From Nitrospirota bacterium (GTDB lineage: Bacteria; Nitrospirota; Thermodesulfovibrionia; Thermodesulfovibrionales; JdFR-86): DNA of 64,000 bases. Both the position numbers and the translations under genes were made by a program. This document shows, piece by piece, positions 1-10,675 of the stretch (position 1 is its first letter; each line of letters opens with the position of its first letter). The DNA is taken from assembly GCA_963721805.1 (NCBI GenBank), contig CAVRJY010000002.1:96001-160000 (forward strand), in the 5' to 3' direction. The notes beneath the pieces are model-generated. The model did not search any database, was not told the DNA's origin, and worked only from the letters and a program-made list of their open reading frames with translations.

Positions 1-534
1 AGGCAGCGACATGAGCCTCTTGTACGACTGCTTTGAGCTTCTGCCATGCTGCCGCCGGGGAAGTCCGTCCTGCCGACCGAGCCCATGAAGAGCGTGTCTC
101 CGGTGAGCACGACGCCCTGCGCATAGAGGCTGATGCTGCCGGGGCTGTGGCCCGGAGTGTGGATTACGGTGAAGGACAGCTCTCCGGCGTCGACCGTGTC
201 GCCTTCTTTCAGGAGCACGTCGGGCGGGGGCATCGCGGGCATCTTGTACCCCCACATCGCGCCCTGCTCCGTGACGGCCGCGTACATCTCGCTGCTCGTC
301 GCGGTGCAGGGCCAGCTTCGCGCCGGTCTTCTCCTTGAGCGCGGGCACCGCGCCCACGTGGTCGAAGTGGCCGTGCGTGAGCACGATCATGCGGACGTCG
401 AGCCCCTCGATGGCCTCTTCAATGGTATCGGGGTCGTCGCCGGGGTCCACGATTATCGCCTTGCCGGTCGCCTCGTCGGCCAGTATGTAGCAGTTGACCT
501 CAAGCGGCCCGGTCTGCACGCTGGTTACGATCAT
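1..534 (-). CDS. MBL-fold metallo-hydrolase (glyoxalase II-like), runs off the window edge, probably with an internal frameshift
   Basis: Manual reverse translation from ATG 534 gives [20 protein letters not shown]..., [10 protein letters not shown] (HxHxDH) and HTPGHSPGS...[15 protein letters not shown]. Confidence 0.85.
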   Translation of the reverse strand, partial: MIVTSVQTGPLEVNCYILADEATGKAIIVDPGDDPDTIEEAIEGLDVRMIVLTHGHFDHVGAVPALKEKTGAKLALHRDEQRDVRGRHGAGRDVGVQDARDAPARRAPERRRHGRRRRAVLHRNPHSGPQPRQHQPLCAGRRAHRRHALHGLGRQDGLPRRQHGRSSKQSYKRLMSLP

Positions 535-2108
535 CCGTTTGCTCTCCCGGAGAATTTTCTCTTTGCCGCCGCGAGCAGGAAATCGAACTCGTCGCTGCGA
601 AGCAGCCTGCTTGCGCCCGCGTATACCGCGGCGCACAGTATAATCGTACCACACAGCCAGAGCGCCTTCACGGCCGAGTGGCCCGGGGCCTCCCATATGC
701 GGGCCGCGCACCACGGCCCACGCCAGGGCGCCCATCACGGCCGAGGCCAGCGCGGAGCGCGCGACCGAGATGAGCGTCCCGCGCGCCCCGATGCCCCCGA
801 GCTGGCGGCGCAGCAGATAAAACAGCACGCTGAAGTTGAGCATCGAGGCCAGCGCGTTTGCGAGCGCCAGGCCGTCGTGCTTCATCGGGCCCATCAGGGC
901 GAGGCTCAGGACGATGTTCGCCCCCAGCGCGCAGGCGGCCACCATCACCGGGGTCCGCGTGTTCTGCATCGAATAGAACGTGGCCACGACGACGCGCACG
1001 CCGACGTACGCCCATATCCCGAGCGAATAGTACAGAAGCGCGCTCGCGGTGCCGAGCGTCGCGGCGTGGTCGAACCTCCCGCGCTCGAAGAGCATGTTTA
1101 TGATCGGCACCCGAAGCGCGATGAGCCCGGCCATCGCGGGCAGGCAGATAAACAGCAGCAGCCGGAGCGCGAACGCGAAGTCCTCCTTGAGCTTGCCGTA
1201 CTCGCGCCGCGCGGCGTGGCCCGAAAGCGAGGGCAGCACGGCCGTGCTCATCGCCACGCCGAAAACCCCGATGGGAAACTGCGCGAGCCGCATCGAGTAA
1301 AACAGGTACGTGATGCTGCCCTCGTGCAGGTACGAGGCCATGATGTTGCTGACCACGGTGTTGAGCTGCGCCACGGCCATCCCGACCGTGGCCGGCAGGA
1401 CGAGCTTCAGTATCTTGATGAGGCCCGGGTGCCGCAGGTCGCTGCTCAGGCTCAGGCTGTAGCCCTCGCGCCGGAACGCCGGGTGCTGTATCGCGAACTG
1501 CACCATGCCGCCGAGCACGACCCCGAGCGCCACCGCTGTAAGCGGGTCGACCCCCTGCCATCGAGAGCCCGACCATCGTGACGATGATCGCGACGTTAAG
1601 CGCGGCCGGGGCGAGCGCCGGGATGAAGAACACGCGCCTGCACGTTCAGCGCGCCCATCTGCAGCGCCGCGAGGCTGATGAACAGCAGGAAGGGCATCAT
1701 GATGCGCGTGAGCGCCACGGTGGTCGCGAACTTCTCCGGCTGCCCGGCGAAGCCCGGCGCTATCAGGGCTACTACGGCCGGGGCGAACACGATGCCAGCG
1801 ATACATACCGCCCCGGCCGCGATCAGTATGAACGTAAAGCACGACCTCACGACGTTTTTGGACTCGGCGGGGTTGGTGGCCTCGTACTCAGAGAGCACCG
1901 GGATCACGGCCGCGGACATCGAGCCCTCGGCGAAGAGGTCGCGCATGAGGTTCGGCACCCGGAAGGCGACGAAGAACGTGTCCGAGAGCCCGGTGGCGCC
2001 AAGGTAAAACGCGATCAGCATGTCGCGCATGTACCCCAGCACGCGGCTGATCATCGTCGCCGCGGACATCACGCCCGCGGCCCGCGCGATTTTCCCTTGT
2101 TCGCTCAT
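531..2108 (-). CDS. murJ: Lipid II flippase MurJ (MviN), split by frameshifts
   Basis: N-terminus SRVLGYMRDM...FFVAFRVPNLMRDLFAEG is typical of MurJ; continues in other frames (FFIPALAPAALNV...) to TGA at 531-533. Confidence 0.9.
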
Positions 2109-2180
2109 TTACCAGAACCGCTCATCGCTCATTTACCAGAACCGCTCATCGCTCATTTATCAGATCCGCTCATCGCTCAT
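2101..2180 (-). repeat. 24-bp tandem repeat (about 3.3 copies) overlapping the murJ start
   Basis: TCGCTCATTTACCAGAACCGCTCA at 2101 and 2125, a variant at 2149, partial copy at 2173. Confidence 0.95.
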
Positions 2181-2279
2181 CCGTAATTATACACAAGGGG
2201 CGCAGGATATTTATGTTATTAATCAGGCTTATAAAACGTGCTTGCAAAGCGCGCGGTTAATTACTTATAATAAAAACTA

Positions 2280-3194
2280 ATGGGAATGGAAGACCACAAG
2301 CTGCGCGTGTTCTGCACCGTGGCCGAGACCAAGAGCTTTTCGAAGGCCTCGGAGATCATCCACCTGACCCAGCCCGCCGTGAGCCTCCAGATTCAGGCCC
2401 TCGAGGAGATCTACGAGACCAAGTTCTTCGACCGTTCGAGCAACACCGTCACGATGACGCCGGCCGGGGAGGCGCTCTACCGCTACGCCAAGGAGATCCT
2501 CACGCTGTATGCCACGCTGGACAAGGAGATCGGCGAGATCACGAACCTCGTCAAGGGCAGCATCAGCATCGGGGCGAGCACGACGATAGGCAACTACGTC
2601 CTGCCTGCCGTGATCTCGGAGTTCAAGCTCAAAAACCCGAAGCTCAAGATCCACCTCCTCGTCGGCAACACCAAGCGCATCGTCGACATGCTGAATTCCG
2701 GCAACGTGGACCTGGGGCTCGTCGAGGGCGAGGTCAGCAAATACCGGATCACGACCGAGAAGCTCGTAGGCGACGAGCTCACGTTGATCGTCCCGGCCAA
2801 CCACCCGTGGGCCAAGCGCAAGGAGGTCTCGATGGGGGAGCTCGCGCGCGAGCCGTTCATCTTCCGCGAGGAGGGCTCCGGCACCCGGCAGGTGATCGAG
2901 AAATACCTGTTAAAGCGCGGCATCACGGCCAACAGCATGAACATCACGACCGTGCTCGGCAGCACCGAGGCGCTCAAGGAGGCCGTGGAGAGCGGCATCG
3001 GGGTGTCTATCGTGTCGAGGTGGGCCGTGCGCCGCGAGAACCGCTACGGGAGCCTCAAGATCGTGAAGTTCAAGGAAGGCAAGATGCCGCGCGATTTCAG
3101 CCTGATCTTCAACAAAAACGCGATTTCCACCTATCCGGTCGAGGAGTTCCTCGCGTTCATCAGGAAGTTCAATTATTCAAAGCTTCTATCTTAA
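2280..3194 (+). CDS. LysR-family transcriptional regulator (CysL-like)
   Basis: HTH KSFSKASEIIHLTQPAVSLQI; substrate domain GASTTIGNY...REEGSGTR. Confidence 0.9.
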   Translation: MGMEDHKLRVFCTVAETKSFSKASEIIHLTQPAVSLQIQALEEIYETKFFDRSSNTVTMTPAGEALYRYAKEILTLYATLDKEIGEITNLVKGSISIGASTTIGNYVLPAVISEFKLKNPKLKIHLLVGNTKRIVDMLNSGNVDLGLVEGEVSKYRITTEKLVGDELTLIVPANHPWAKRKEVSMGELAREPFIFREEGSGTRQVIEKYLLKRGITANSMNITTVLGSTEALKEAVESGIGVSIVSRWAVRRENRYGSLKIVKFKEGKMPRDFSLIFNKNAISTYPVEEFLAFIRKFNYSKLLS

Positions 3195-3239
3195 CCCCCA
3201 GGCACCTCTCGTAATCCGCAAAAAAATTACCTCGTACGA

Positions 3240-4317
3240 TCACTCCGGAATTTTCGTGTAAAAACGCACTCCCACGACAGCGAAGACCGCCGGCACCGTC
3301 CATGCCGCAACGGCCGGCGGCACGATCCCGGCGTACCCCAGCGAGACCATCATCGCGTATCCGAAGAAATACAGCAGGCTTATCATGATGCCGAAGGCCG
3401 CCGCCACCATGCCCTTTAGCGTCCCTCGCCGCGGCGAACGAGACGCCGAGCATGACCATGATGAAGGATATCAGCGGGTATGCCACTTTCCCGTGCAGGT
3501 CGACCTCGAGGCTCTGGTTTTTGAAACCCGCGGACTTCAGCCTGCCGAGGTATGACGAAAGCTCGACGATGCCCATCTCGTTTGAATCCTGGGTGCTTTC
3601 CTTCAGCAGCTCGGGCGAGCCCAGGGAGTTGAAGATCATGCTCTTTTCGGTTGTAGTGACTCCGGTGTCGGTATCGAGCCTCGTCACGCCGCTGAGCGTC
3701 CAGTGCGGCGGGTTGCCCCCGGGCGCGTAGGTGGCCTCGGCGGCCTCTACTATCTCGGCCACGCGGTCGTCCGCGATGCGGTATATGCTCAGGCCCTTAA
3801 ACGTGTCGGTGTGCGGGACGTACAGGTCTATGCGCACCAGCGAGCCGTCGTCGGCCCTGATCCACATCGAGCCGTCTTTAAACATCGTGGTGGCGCTATG
3901 CCGGTGCTTGAGCTTGTCTTTGAGCACCCGCGCGGCGTGCGCGGTCTTGGGCACGCCGAACTCCCCGAGCGCGAACCCCCCGAGGCTGATCAGGACGCCG
4001 GCTATGAGGAAGGGCGCGAAGATGACCTTCAGCCTCCCACCCGCGGCCATCGCGGCCACGGTCTCTCTGGCGCGCACCGCGTTGCTCACGACGAAGATGC
4101 TGCACAGCAGCGACGACATCGGGATGACGTAGAGCAGGAACCCCGGAAACTTCAGGGCCGCGTACTTAAGCAGGCCGCTCGGGGGCGGGTCGAACTGTAT
4201 GAATCCGCCCAGTGACGAGAGCAGGTCCAGCAGGCTCACCGAGACCGAGAGCCCCAGCGAGAGCACCACGAAGAGCACTATGAAGTCCTTTAGGAAATAC
4301 CGCTGGAGGATGCTCAC
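3240..4317 (-). CDS. lptG: LPS export ABC permease LptG, frameshift near the 3' end (~3420)
   Basis: YjgP/YjgQ-type membrane protein directly after lptF; GTG 4317 overlaps the lptF stop. Confidence 0.8.
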
Positions 4318-5381
4318 AGCCTGTCGGCCCTCCTGAAGGTCCAAAACGATATCGCGCCCAGGACCATAGCGGGCCCCCAGGCCCCGAGCCATACCGGCAC
4401 CTTCCCGCCTAGCGCGAGGTTCTCGGCGTACATCAGCGACGCGTAATAGGAGGCGAACACCGCGATGCCGAGCACGAGGCCGCCGAGCCTCCCGGTCTTG
4501 CCGGCCTTGAGCGAGAGCGGAGGGCCGAGCACCATCAGGAGCATGCATATCGCGGGCATCGTGATCCGCCGCCAGAACTCCAGCAGCGCCCGTAGTTTGT
4601 CCTTGCCCGCGGCCTTCCCGGCCTCCTCAAGCAGCGAGAGCGTGCCGGCCTCGGTGTACCGCTCCGAGGGCCCCTCGTCCATCGCGCTTAGAGGCAGGCT
4701 GTAGCTGCCGAACTTAATCTCCGTCACGGCGCCGCCGCGTATGGCCTCGATCTGCCCGTCCCTGAGTTCGAGGACCGGGCCGCCCGCGCCTGCGGCGTTG
4801 ATGAGCCCGGTCTTCGCATAGAGCACCACCGGGGAGTCCTTGCGCCGCTGGTCGCGTATGAATACGCCGCCCAGGGTGTCGGGCGTGGGCTTGTCCCTGA
4901 CGTAGAGCACGACGTCTCCAAACGCGGTCTGGAATATCCCGGCCTCTATGGCGTACGGCGCGCGCCGGGCGAAGATGTCGTGGATCGAGAGGCGCAGCTC
5001 GCGCACGCACGCCGGGGCGAGCGAGGTGCTGAGTATTATCGAGCAGATGAACGCCCCGGCGCCCATCACTACCGAGCCGAGCGCGATGCGCCTGAAGGGC
5101 ATCCCGCTTGCGCGCAGCACGATCAGCTCGCTGTCCGTGTTCATGCGGCCGAAGCACAGCAGGATCGAGATCAGGAGCGCCATCGGTATCGTCAGCACCG
5201 TCACCTGCGGCTGGATCAGCGAGATGATGCGCATGAAGTCCGCGGCCGAGGCCCCCACAGAGGAAAGCGTCTGCGTCAGGCGGAGTATCTGCTCGGTCAT
5301 CATGATGAAATTCAGCGCGACCACCGAAAGCAGGAACGTGTGCATGAGCTCTTTGATGATCGCGCGGTCGATGGTCTTCAT
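4314..5381 (-). CDS. lptF: LPS export ABC permease LptF
   Basis: MKTIDRAIIKEL..., TIPMALLISILLCFGRMNTDSELIVLRASG motif; start could be slightly upstream. Confidence 0.85.
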   Translation of the reverse strand: MKTIDRAIIKELMHTFLLSVVALNFIMMTEQILRLTQTLSSVGASAADFMRIISLIQPQVTVLTIPMALLISILLCFGRMNTDSELIVLRASGMPFRRIALGSVVMGAGAFICSIILSTSLAPACVRELRLSIHDIFARRAPYAIEAGIFQTAFGDVVLYVRDKPTPDTLGGVFIRDQRRKDSPVVLYAKTGLINAAGAGGPVLELRDGQIEAIRGGAVTEIKFGSYSLPLSAMDEGPSERYTEAGTLSLLEEAGKAAGKDKLRALLEFWRRITMPAICMLLMVLGPPLSLKAGKTGRLGGLVLGIAVFASYYASLMYAENLALGGKVPVWLGAWGPAMVLGAISFWTFRRADRL

Positions 5382-5688
5382 TACGGATATGATCCTCATA
5401 ACAATGGAGATTTTACCGTAACCCCCCCGCATTTGAAAAGCAGGCGGCCCGGTGTGTTGTTTTTATGCCTCCAGTGTTGCAGATTTCATACGGTCTCTCG
5501 CCCCGCAATAATCGGAAATCGTTACGTTTTAGCGATATTCCCTTTGGCGTGCATATTGCATGCAATTATTTGCGTGCTTATGCTGCTAGACTGTGTGTGT
5601 GTGGCAGGGTGCGTTGCCGGGTTGATGCCGGCTGCGTTCGGGAATACAAGGAGAATCCCGGAGGCATGGCGGGCGTAAGCCAAAAAGC

Positions 5689-5720
5689 TTGACAAAAAAA
5701 GCGGCGGCATGTTATATATT
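5689..5720 (+). promoter_or_regulatory. Probable sigma70 promoter of the porin gene
   Basis: TTGACA at 5689-5694, TATA-like box at about 5712-5720. Confidence 0.55.
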
Positions 5721-5936
5721 CTGCCAATAGGTTAAACGGCGTATCTTTAAATGATTCATTAATTTATAGATCCCCGCCTCGGCGGGGGCCATAAAACTTA
5801 ATGGAGGTGATAGGAGGACGAGAGGGGCATCAAGGTAACGAACTGGCTTTCCCCGCCCCTGAAAAGGGGTGATTGAGACCGCCATAGGCGGCAGAGCCCG
5901 AGGGGGCGACCCCGAAGGCAAAAGATTCAAGGAGGG

Positions 5937-7262
5937 GTGAACTTGAAGAAGTTTATCGCAATAATACTTGGCACGATGTTCGTGCTTGCCCTCGCCGGAA
6001 GCGTATACGCTGCCGATCTCAGGGTCGGCGGGGACGCATACGTCGAAGGCGTCTGGACGGATAACTACGGCGGCATGCCGGGCGAGATACCGAACGGTGC
6101 AACCTTCGACAAGAACGAGAGATCCGACAGCAGGTATTGGGCTGAGAGGGTCGTCCTGAAGCTCGACGCGGTTTTGGAGAACGGCATCGAACTCAGGACC
6201 GCCTATGACGTCGTAGGCGGGTTCAAGTACCCCGCCCCGTGGGGCGAGGCGTACAGCAGTAGCAACAACCTTTTCGCAACGACCTATAACGACGGTTTCA
6301 TGACCGAGTACGCCTATATCCACGTGCCGCTCGGCAAGTTCACGGTCGACGCCGGCCACATGCTCTCAAGCTGGGGCGACGGCTTCGACAGCTTCGAGAC
6401 CCCCTGCGACCGCCTGAAGGTCTACTACAAAGTCAACGACACGGTCACCGTCGCCGGCTACGTCCGCAAGGACTACGAGTCGTTCTCGGTTGACAACGGC
6501 AAGGGCGACACCGACACCTATGAGCTGGAAGCCGTAGTCACCCCCGATGCCGCGACCAAGGCCGGCCTGGCCCTCTACTTCACGCAGGACCAGCAGGACA
6601 AGAGCTTCGACGATAGAGGCCCCGTATCACGTTCCAGGACGACCTGGAAGGCTGACGTATTTGCTAACACCAAGGTCGGCCCGGTGGCCGTCATGTCCGA
6701 GTTTGCCTACAGGAGCGCCAACAAGTCTTACGATCCGTCGAATAGTGCCGCTGATTCCCAGGGCTATGTCAACGGCTTCGGCCAGTTCGGCGGCTTCGTG
6801 CTCGTGCAGGGCGACGTAGCCCCCGTGACCCTGACCGGCGCGGTCGCGTTTGCGACTAACGGTTACGCCGCTGACGACGACTTCCAGCCGACGCTGCTGT
6901 TCGGCACGCGCAACAACCCGGTTGCCCTCATGGACTTCCAGTCCCTCGGCCGCCGCTCGACCACCTGGGCCGCACTTGCAGCCGCCGACTTCAAGGCCAA
7001 TGACTGCACGACCCTCCACGGCCTGCTCGCATATGCAAGCCTGGGCGATGGCCTGGGTGACGTAGCTGAGCATCCGGATGCGGACAAGGCCCTCGGCCTG
7101 GTCGAGGCCGACGCCACTGTCAAGTATCAGATCTCAAAGAGCACCGCATGGACCGTCGGCGCGACGATCGGAATCCCGACCGTCGTCCCGCACGAGACCG
7201 TATTTGACGGCCACAACAACAACGTCTACGGCGCGTTCCAGAGGCTGAGCGTCAGCTTCTAA
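5937..7262 (+). CDS. Outer-membrane beta-barrel porin of uncharacterised family
   Basis: Signal peptide (…SVYA/AD), alternating beta-strand pattern, C-terminal Phe (LSVSF), RBS AGGAGG. Confidence 0.75.
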   Translation: MNLKKFIAIILGTMFVLALAGSVYAADLRVGGDAYVEGVWTDNYGGMPGEIPNGATFDKNERSDSRYWAERVVLKLDAVLENGIELRTAYDVVGGFKYPAPWGEAYSSSNNLFATTYNDGFMTEYAYIHVPLGKFTVDAGHMLSSWGDGFDSFETPCDRLKVYYKVNDTVTVAGYVRKDYESFSVDNGKGDTDTYELEAVVTPDAATKAGLALYFTQDQQDKSFDDRGPVSRSRTTWKADVFANTKVGPVAVMSEFAYRSANKSYDPSNSAADSQGYVNGFGQFGGFVLVQGDVAPVTLTGAVAFATNGYAADDDFQPTLLFGTRNNPVALMDFQSLGRRSTTWAALAAADFKANDCTTLHGLLAYASLGDGLGDVAEHPDADKALGLVEADATVKYQISKSTAWTVGATIGIPTVVPHETVFDGHNNNVYGAFQRLSVSF

Positions 7263-7291
7263 GACAAACCGCATAAGCAGTCCCCTTGAGA

Positions 7292-7328
7292 CGGGGCGGG
7301 CCATGAAAAGCCCGCCCCGTTTTTTTGT
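7292..7328 (+). terminator. Rho-independent terminator
   Basis: GGGGCGGGC...GCCCGCCCC hairpin followed by a T run. Confidence 0.85.
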
Positions 7329-7586
7329 TGTCCGCGCGGCCCGGCGGGCCGCAATGAGCTGCCCCGCAGGCCCCCGCCGCAGGCCCTGACAGGGGCGCAT
7401 TTTTTGTCCCCCCTGGCGCAATGCAAAAAAACCTTTATTTCCCCGGCGATTTGGTCTATACTTTAAGCCAATACAGACAGAACGATAAGTTTCGCAACAC
7501 TGAAACCGTGTCGGCGCCTGTGGCGCGGGCACCCGGTGGTGCCGGACTTTTCCGGCAGGGGACGAAAAGCATGAAGGAGGGAGTGA

Positions 7587-8978
7587 ATGCACAGGAAGGG
7601 ATTATTGTTTTTGATGGTTTTCGTGGCGGCGGCATTATGTCTGGGGACCGCCCCGGCATGGGCCACCAACGGGTATCAGCTTATCGGAGTAGGAGCCGAG
7701 GAGATCGGCATGGGCGGCGCGGACACCGCGGCCCCGATGGACGCCATGACCGCGGTGACGAACCCGGCCGGGATGTCGCGCGTCGGCAGCAGGGCGGACT
7801 TCAGCCTGGAGGCATTCATGCCCGCGCGCAGGGCGGACTTCAGGGATTCAGGCGAGGGCTTCGGAGTGCCGGGCGGAGATAAGGTCTCCGGCGGTACGCC
7901 GCTTTACGGCATACCCGCGATCGGCTGGACCGCGCCTGCCTTCGGCACGAGCAACGTCTATTTCGGCGGAGGCATGTATGTCACGTCAGGCCTCGGAGTC
8001 GACTACGGCCAGACGGTCTTCATACCGTCCTCGTCCCTGGGCCTGCCGGATGACGTCACCTTCAGCGGGTACAGTTCGATACAGTTCTGGAAGATGGCCC
8101 CCTGCGTCGCCTGGAACATCACGCCGAGCCTCAGCGTCGGCCTCGCGGCGAACATCGACTACCAGTCCGTCACGATAGACGAGCGGATCAACGGCGTGCC
8201 GTTTTCAGCGGGCCCGTTAGCCGGGACGCAGCAGGACGTGAAGTTCGACCTCGGCCGCCCGACCAACCAGATAGGCGGCGGCGCGAGCTTGGGCCTCATA
8301 TATGACGTCAACAAATACCTAAGCGTCGGCGCGGTCTATACCTCCGAGCAGTTCTTCGCGCCCGGCGAGTACCGCCTCGGCGATGGCGACATCTACCTGT
8401 TTAACGGCGCCACCGGCAAGGCCGGCACTTACAAGCTGGACCTCAACTTCCCGCAGCAGGCCTCGGTCGGCATCGCGGTCAAGCCGATCGCGCCGCTCCT
8501 CATAGCGATGGACGTCAAGTGGATCGACTGGTCATCGACCCACGACAAGGTAAGGCTTGACGGTCCTAGCGACTCATTCCAGAAGAGCGACGGATCGTTC
8601 ACCGACCACACCGACCTGAACTTCGGCTGGTCCGACCAGTGGGTCTATGCCATCGGCGTGCAGTACACCCCGATCACGCCGCTCAGCCTCCGCCTGGGCT
8701 ACAACTACGCCAACTCCCCCATCGGCAAGAGCGACGTGTTCAACAACCTCGTATTCCCGGCCGTTGTTACGCAGCACGCCACAGCGGGCATGAGCTACAT
8801 GCTCGGCGACCACTGGGGGGTCTCGCTGGCCTACGAGAAGGCGTTTAAAAACACGATCAAGGGCAAGCACGACGTTAGCAGCGACTTCCAGGCCGTAACC
8901 CCGTTTAAGGCTGACTCCAATACGAAGATATCACTGGAGGAAGACGCGGTCAGCATGCAGCTGACCTATAAGTTCTAG
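7587..8978 (+). CDS. OmpP1/FadL/TodX family outer-membrane transporter
   Basis: Signal peptide then ATNGYQLIGVG...GMGGA...NPAG hatch motif; C-terminal YKF. Confidence 0.85.
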   Translation: MHRKGLLFLMVFVAAALCLGTAPAWATNGYQLIGVGAEEIGMGGADTAAPMDAMTAVTNPAGMSRVGSRADFSLEAFMPARRADFRDSGEGFGVPGGDKVSGGTPLYGIPAIGWTAPAFGTSNVYFGGGMYVTSGLGVDYGQTVFIPSSSLGLPDDVTFSGYSSIQFWKMAPCVAWNITPSLSVGLAANIDYQSVTIDERINGVPFSAGPLAGTQQDVKFDLGRPTNQIGGGASLGLIYDVNKYLSVGAVYTSEQFFAPGEYRLGDGDIYLFNGATGKAGTYKLDLNFPQQASVGIAVKPIAPLLIAMDVKWIDWSSTHDKVRLDGPSDSFQKSDGSFTDHTDLNFGWSDQWVYAIGVQYTPITPLSLRLGYNYANSPIGKSDVFNNLVFPAVVTQHATAGMSYMLGDHWGVSLAYEKAFKNTIKGKHDVSSDFQAVTPFKADSNTKISLEEDAVSMQLTYKF

Positions 8979-9001
8979 GCTGACCTCACAAATGACCTTG
9001 C

Positions 9002-9040
9002 GCTAAGGCGGGCTCCTGAGAACGGGGCCCGCCTTAGCCG
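9002..9040. terminator. Terminator-like hairpin
   Basis: GCTAAGGCGGGC...GCCCGCCTTAGC inverted repeat after the FadL-like gene. Confidence 0.65.
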
Positions 9041-9151
9041 TTTATAAGCGGGACGCAGCCCCATGATAAGATGGTGCCCGCGGCGTTCCTGAAGGAAGGG
9101 TGGCGGTCCGCCACCTTTACACATCTATCATTACCGGGGTAGACTTAAATC

Positions 9152-10420
9152 ATGGAACTCTTTGACTCGCTGCCCGAGGACGAACCGGCATCAGCCCCGC
9201 CGGAGGGCCGTGACGCGCCGCTTGCCTACCGCATGAGCCCTCGGACGCTCGACGAGTACGCCGGGCAGTCCCACATCGTCGGCGAGGGACGGCTGCTGAG
9301 GCGTGCTATCGAGGCCGACCGCGTGACCTCGATCATCCTCTACGGCCCGCCCGGCACCGGGAAGACCGCGCTTGCTCGCATCATCGCGCACATGACGCGC
9401 TCGACCTTCAGGTGGCTCAATGCGGCCACCATCGGGCTGGACGACCTCAGGAAGGTCCTCCGCGAGGCCCGCGCGCTGAAGTCCAAGGGCAGAAAGACCA
9501 TCCTCTTCCTCGACGAGATCCACCGCTTCAACAAGCTGCAGCAGGACGCCCTGCTGCCGGACGTCGAGGAGGGCGCGCTCACGCTAATCGCCGCGACGGT
9601 CGAAAACCCGTATTTCTACGTCAACTCCGCTCTGCTTTCGCGAAGCCAGGTCTTCGAGCTCAAGAGCCTCGGCCGAGACGACATAGTCGCGCTCCTTAAC
9701 AGAGCCATAACCGACAAGGAACGAGGCCTGGGCTCGATGGGCATCGAGGCCGACCCCGAGGCGCTCGAGCACATAGCGATCCTCTCGGACGGCGACGCCA
9801 GAAAGGCGCTCTCCGCGCTCGAACTCGCGGCGCTTACCACCTTGCCTGACGAACGGGGCGTGAAACATATCACGCGCTCCGTGGCTGAGGAGTCGATACA
9901 GAAAAAGGCGATAGTCTATGACCGCGACGGCGACCGCCACTACGACACCGCATCGGCGTTCATCAAAAGCATGCGCGGCGGCGACCCGGACGCCGTGGTC
10001 TACTACATTGCCAAGATGCTCACCGGGGGCGAGGACCCGCGGTTCATAGCGCGCCGGGTGGTGATATGCGCCTCGGAGGACGTCGGAGACGCCGACCCGA
10101 TGGCGCTCGTGCTGGCGACCTCGGCGCTTAAGGCGATTGAGTTCGTCGGGATGCCGGAGGCCCGCATACCGCTTGCGCAGGCCGCGATATACGTCGCGAT
10201 GGCGCCCAAGAGCAACGCGTGCTACGTCGCCATAGAGGCCGCGATGGCCGACATCCAGAAGGAGGAGACCGAGGAGGTCCCGGACTACCTGAAGGATGCG
10301 AGCTACAAGAGCGCGAAGAAGCTGGGGCATGGGGAGGGGTACTTATACACCCACGACCACCCCAACGAACCGCAGGAGTTTACTCGGAAGAAGAGGTCGT
10401 ATTATAAAAAACCCAAGTAA
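9152..10420 (+). CDS. rarA: Replication-associated recombination protein A (MgsA/RarA AAA+ ATPase)
   Basis: GPPGTGKT, DEIHRFNKLQQDALLP, SAFIKSMRG, ASEDVG motifs. Confidence 0.95.
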   Translation: MELFDSLPEDEPASAPPEGRDAPLAYRMSPRTLDEYAGQSHIVGEGRLLRRAIEADRVTSIILYGPPGTGKTALARIIAHMTRSTFRWLNAATIGLDDLRKVLREARALKSKGRKTILFLDEIHRFNKLQQDALLPDVEEGALTLIAATVENPYFYVNSALLSRSQVFELKSLGRDDIVALLNRAITDKERGLGSMGIEADPEALEHIAILSDGDARKALSALELAALTTLPDERGVKHITRSVAEESIQKKAIVYDRDGDRHYDTASAFIKSMRGGDPDAVVYYIAKMLTGGEDPRFIARRVVICASEDVGDADPMALVLATSALKAIEFVGMPEARIPLAQAAIYVAMAPKSNACYVAIEAAMADIQKEETEEVPDYLKDASYKSAKKLGHGEGYLYTHDHPNEPQEFTRKKRSYYKKPK

Positions 10421-10440
10421 GCCCTTATGCAGTCTTTTTC

Positions 10441-10605
10441 AAAGCCGCACTAAATCGCTTGATACTGCGTCATCAGTCGAAAATCGCCCTCGGAGTACAT
10501 CCCAGTACACCTGCGGGACGATTTTCTCCTTCTTCCTTGTCTGACGCGATTTATCGCGCTTTAAGTTTCTATCGCATAATCGTGCGAGCGGTCAATGGCA
10601 TTGAT
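10441..10605 (+). repeat. Dispersed palindromic repeat, copy A
   Basis: AAATCGCTTGATACTGCGT...GTAC..GTAC...CCTTGTCTGA..CGATTT..CGC.CTTT, tail GGTCAATGGCATTGAT. Confidence 0.85.
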
Positions 10606-10620
10606 TGGATTATATGAAAA

Positions 10621-10652
10621 GCGCCCCGCATGCCATCGAGCATGCGGGGCGC
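10621..10652. terminator. Hairpin terminator between convergent genes
   Basis: GCGCCCCGCATGC-catcga-GCATGCGGGGCGC. Confidence 0.7.
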
Positions 10653-10675
10653 TTAATTTTAGCCGCTAGTGCTTC

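Noticed and set aside
133..1581. Long alternative-frame ORFs (e.g. 133-1581, 44636-46336, 48641-50548, 54244-55581)
   Set aside because: Antisense shadows of real genes, expected at high GC; no protein motifs
2101..2180. 24-bp repeats as a CRISPR array
   Set aside because: Units are directly adjacent with no spacers, and no cas genes are present
2280..3194. LysR as a selenium-metabolism regulator supporting the selenoprotein call
   Set aside because: Subfamily cannot be assigned by eye, it is 30 kb away, and no sel genes are adjacent
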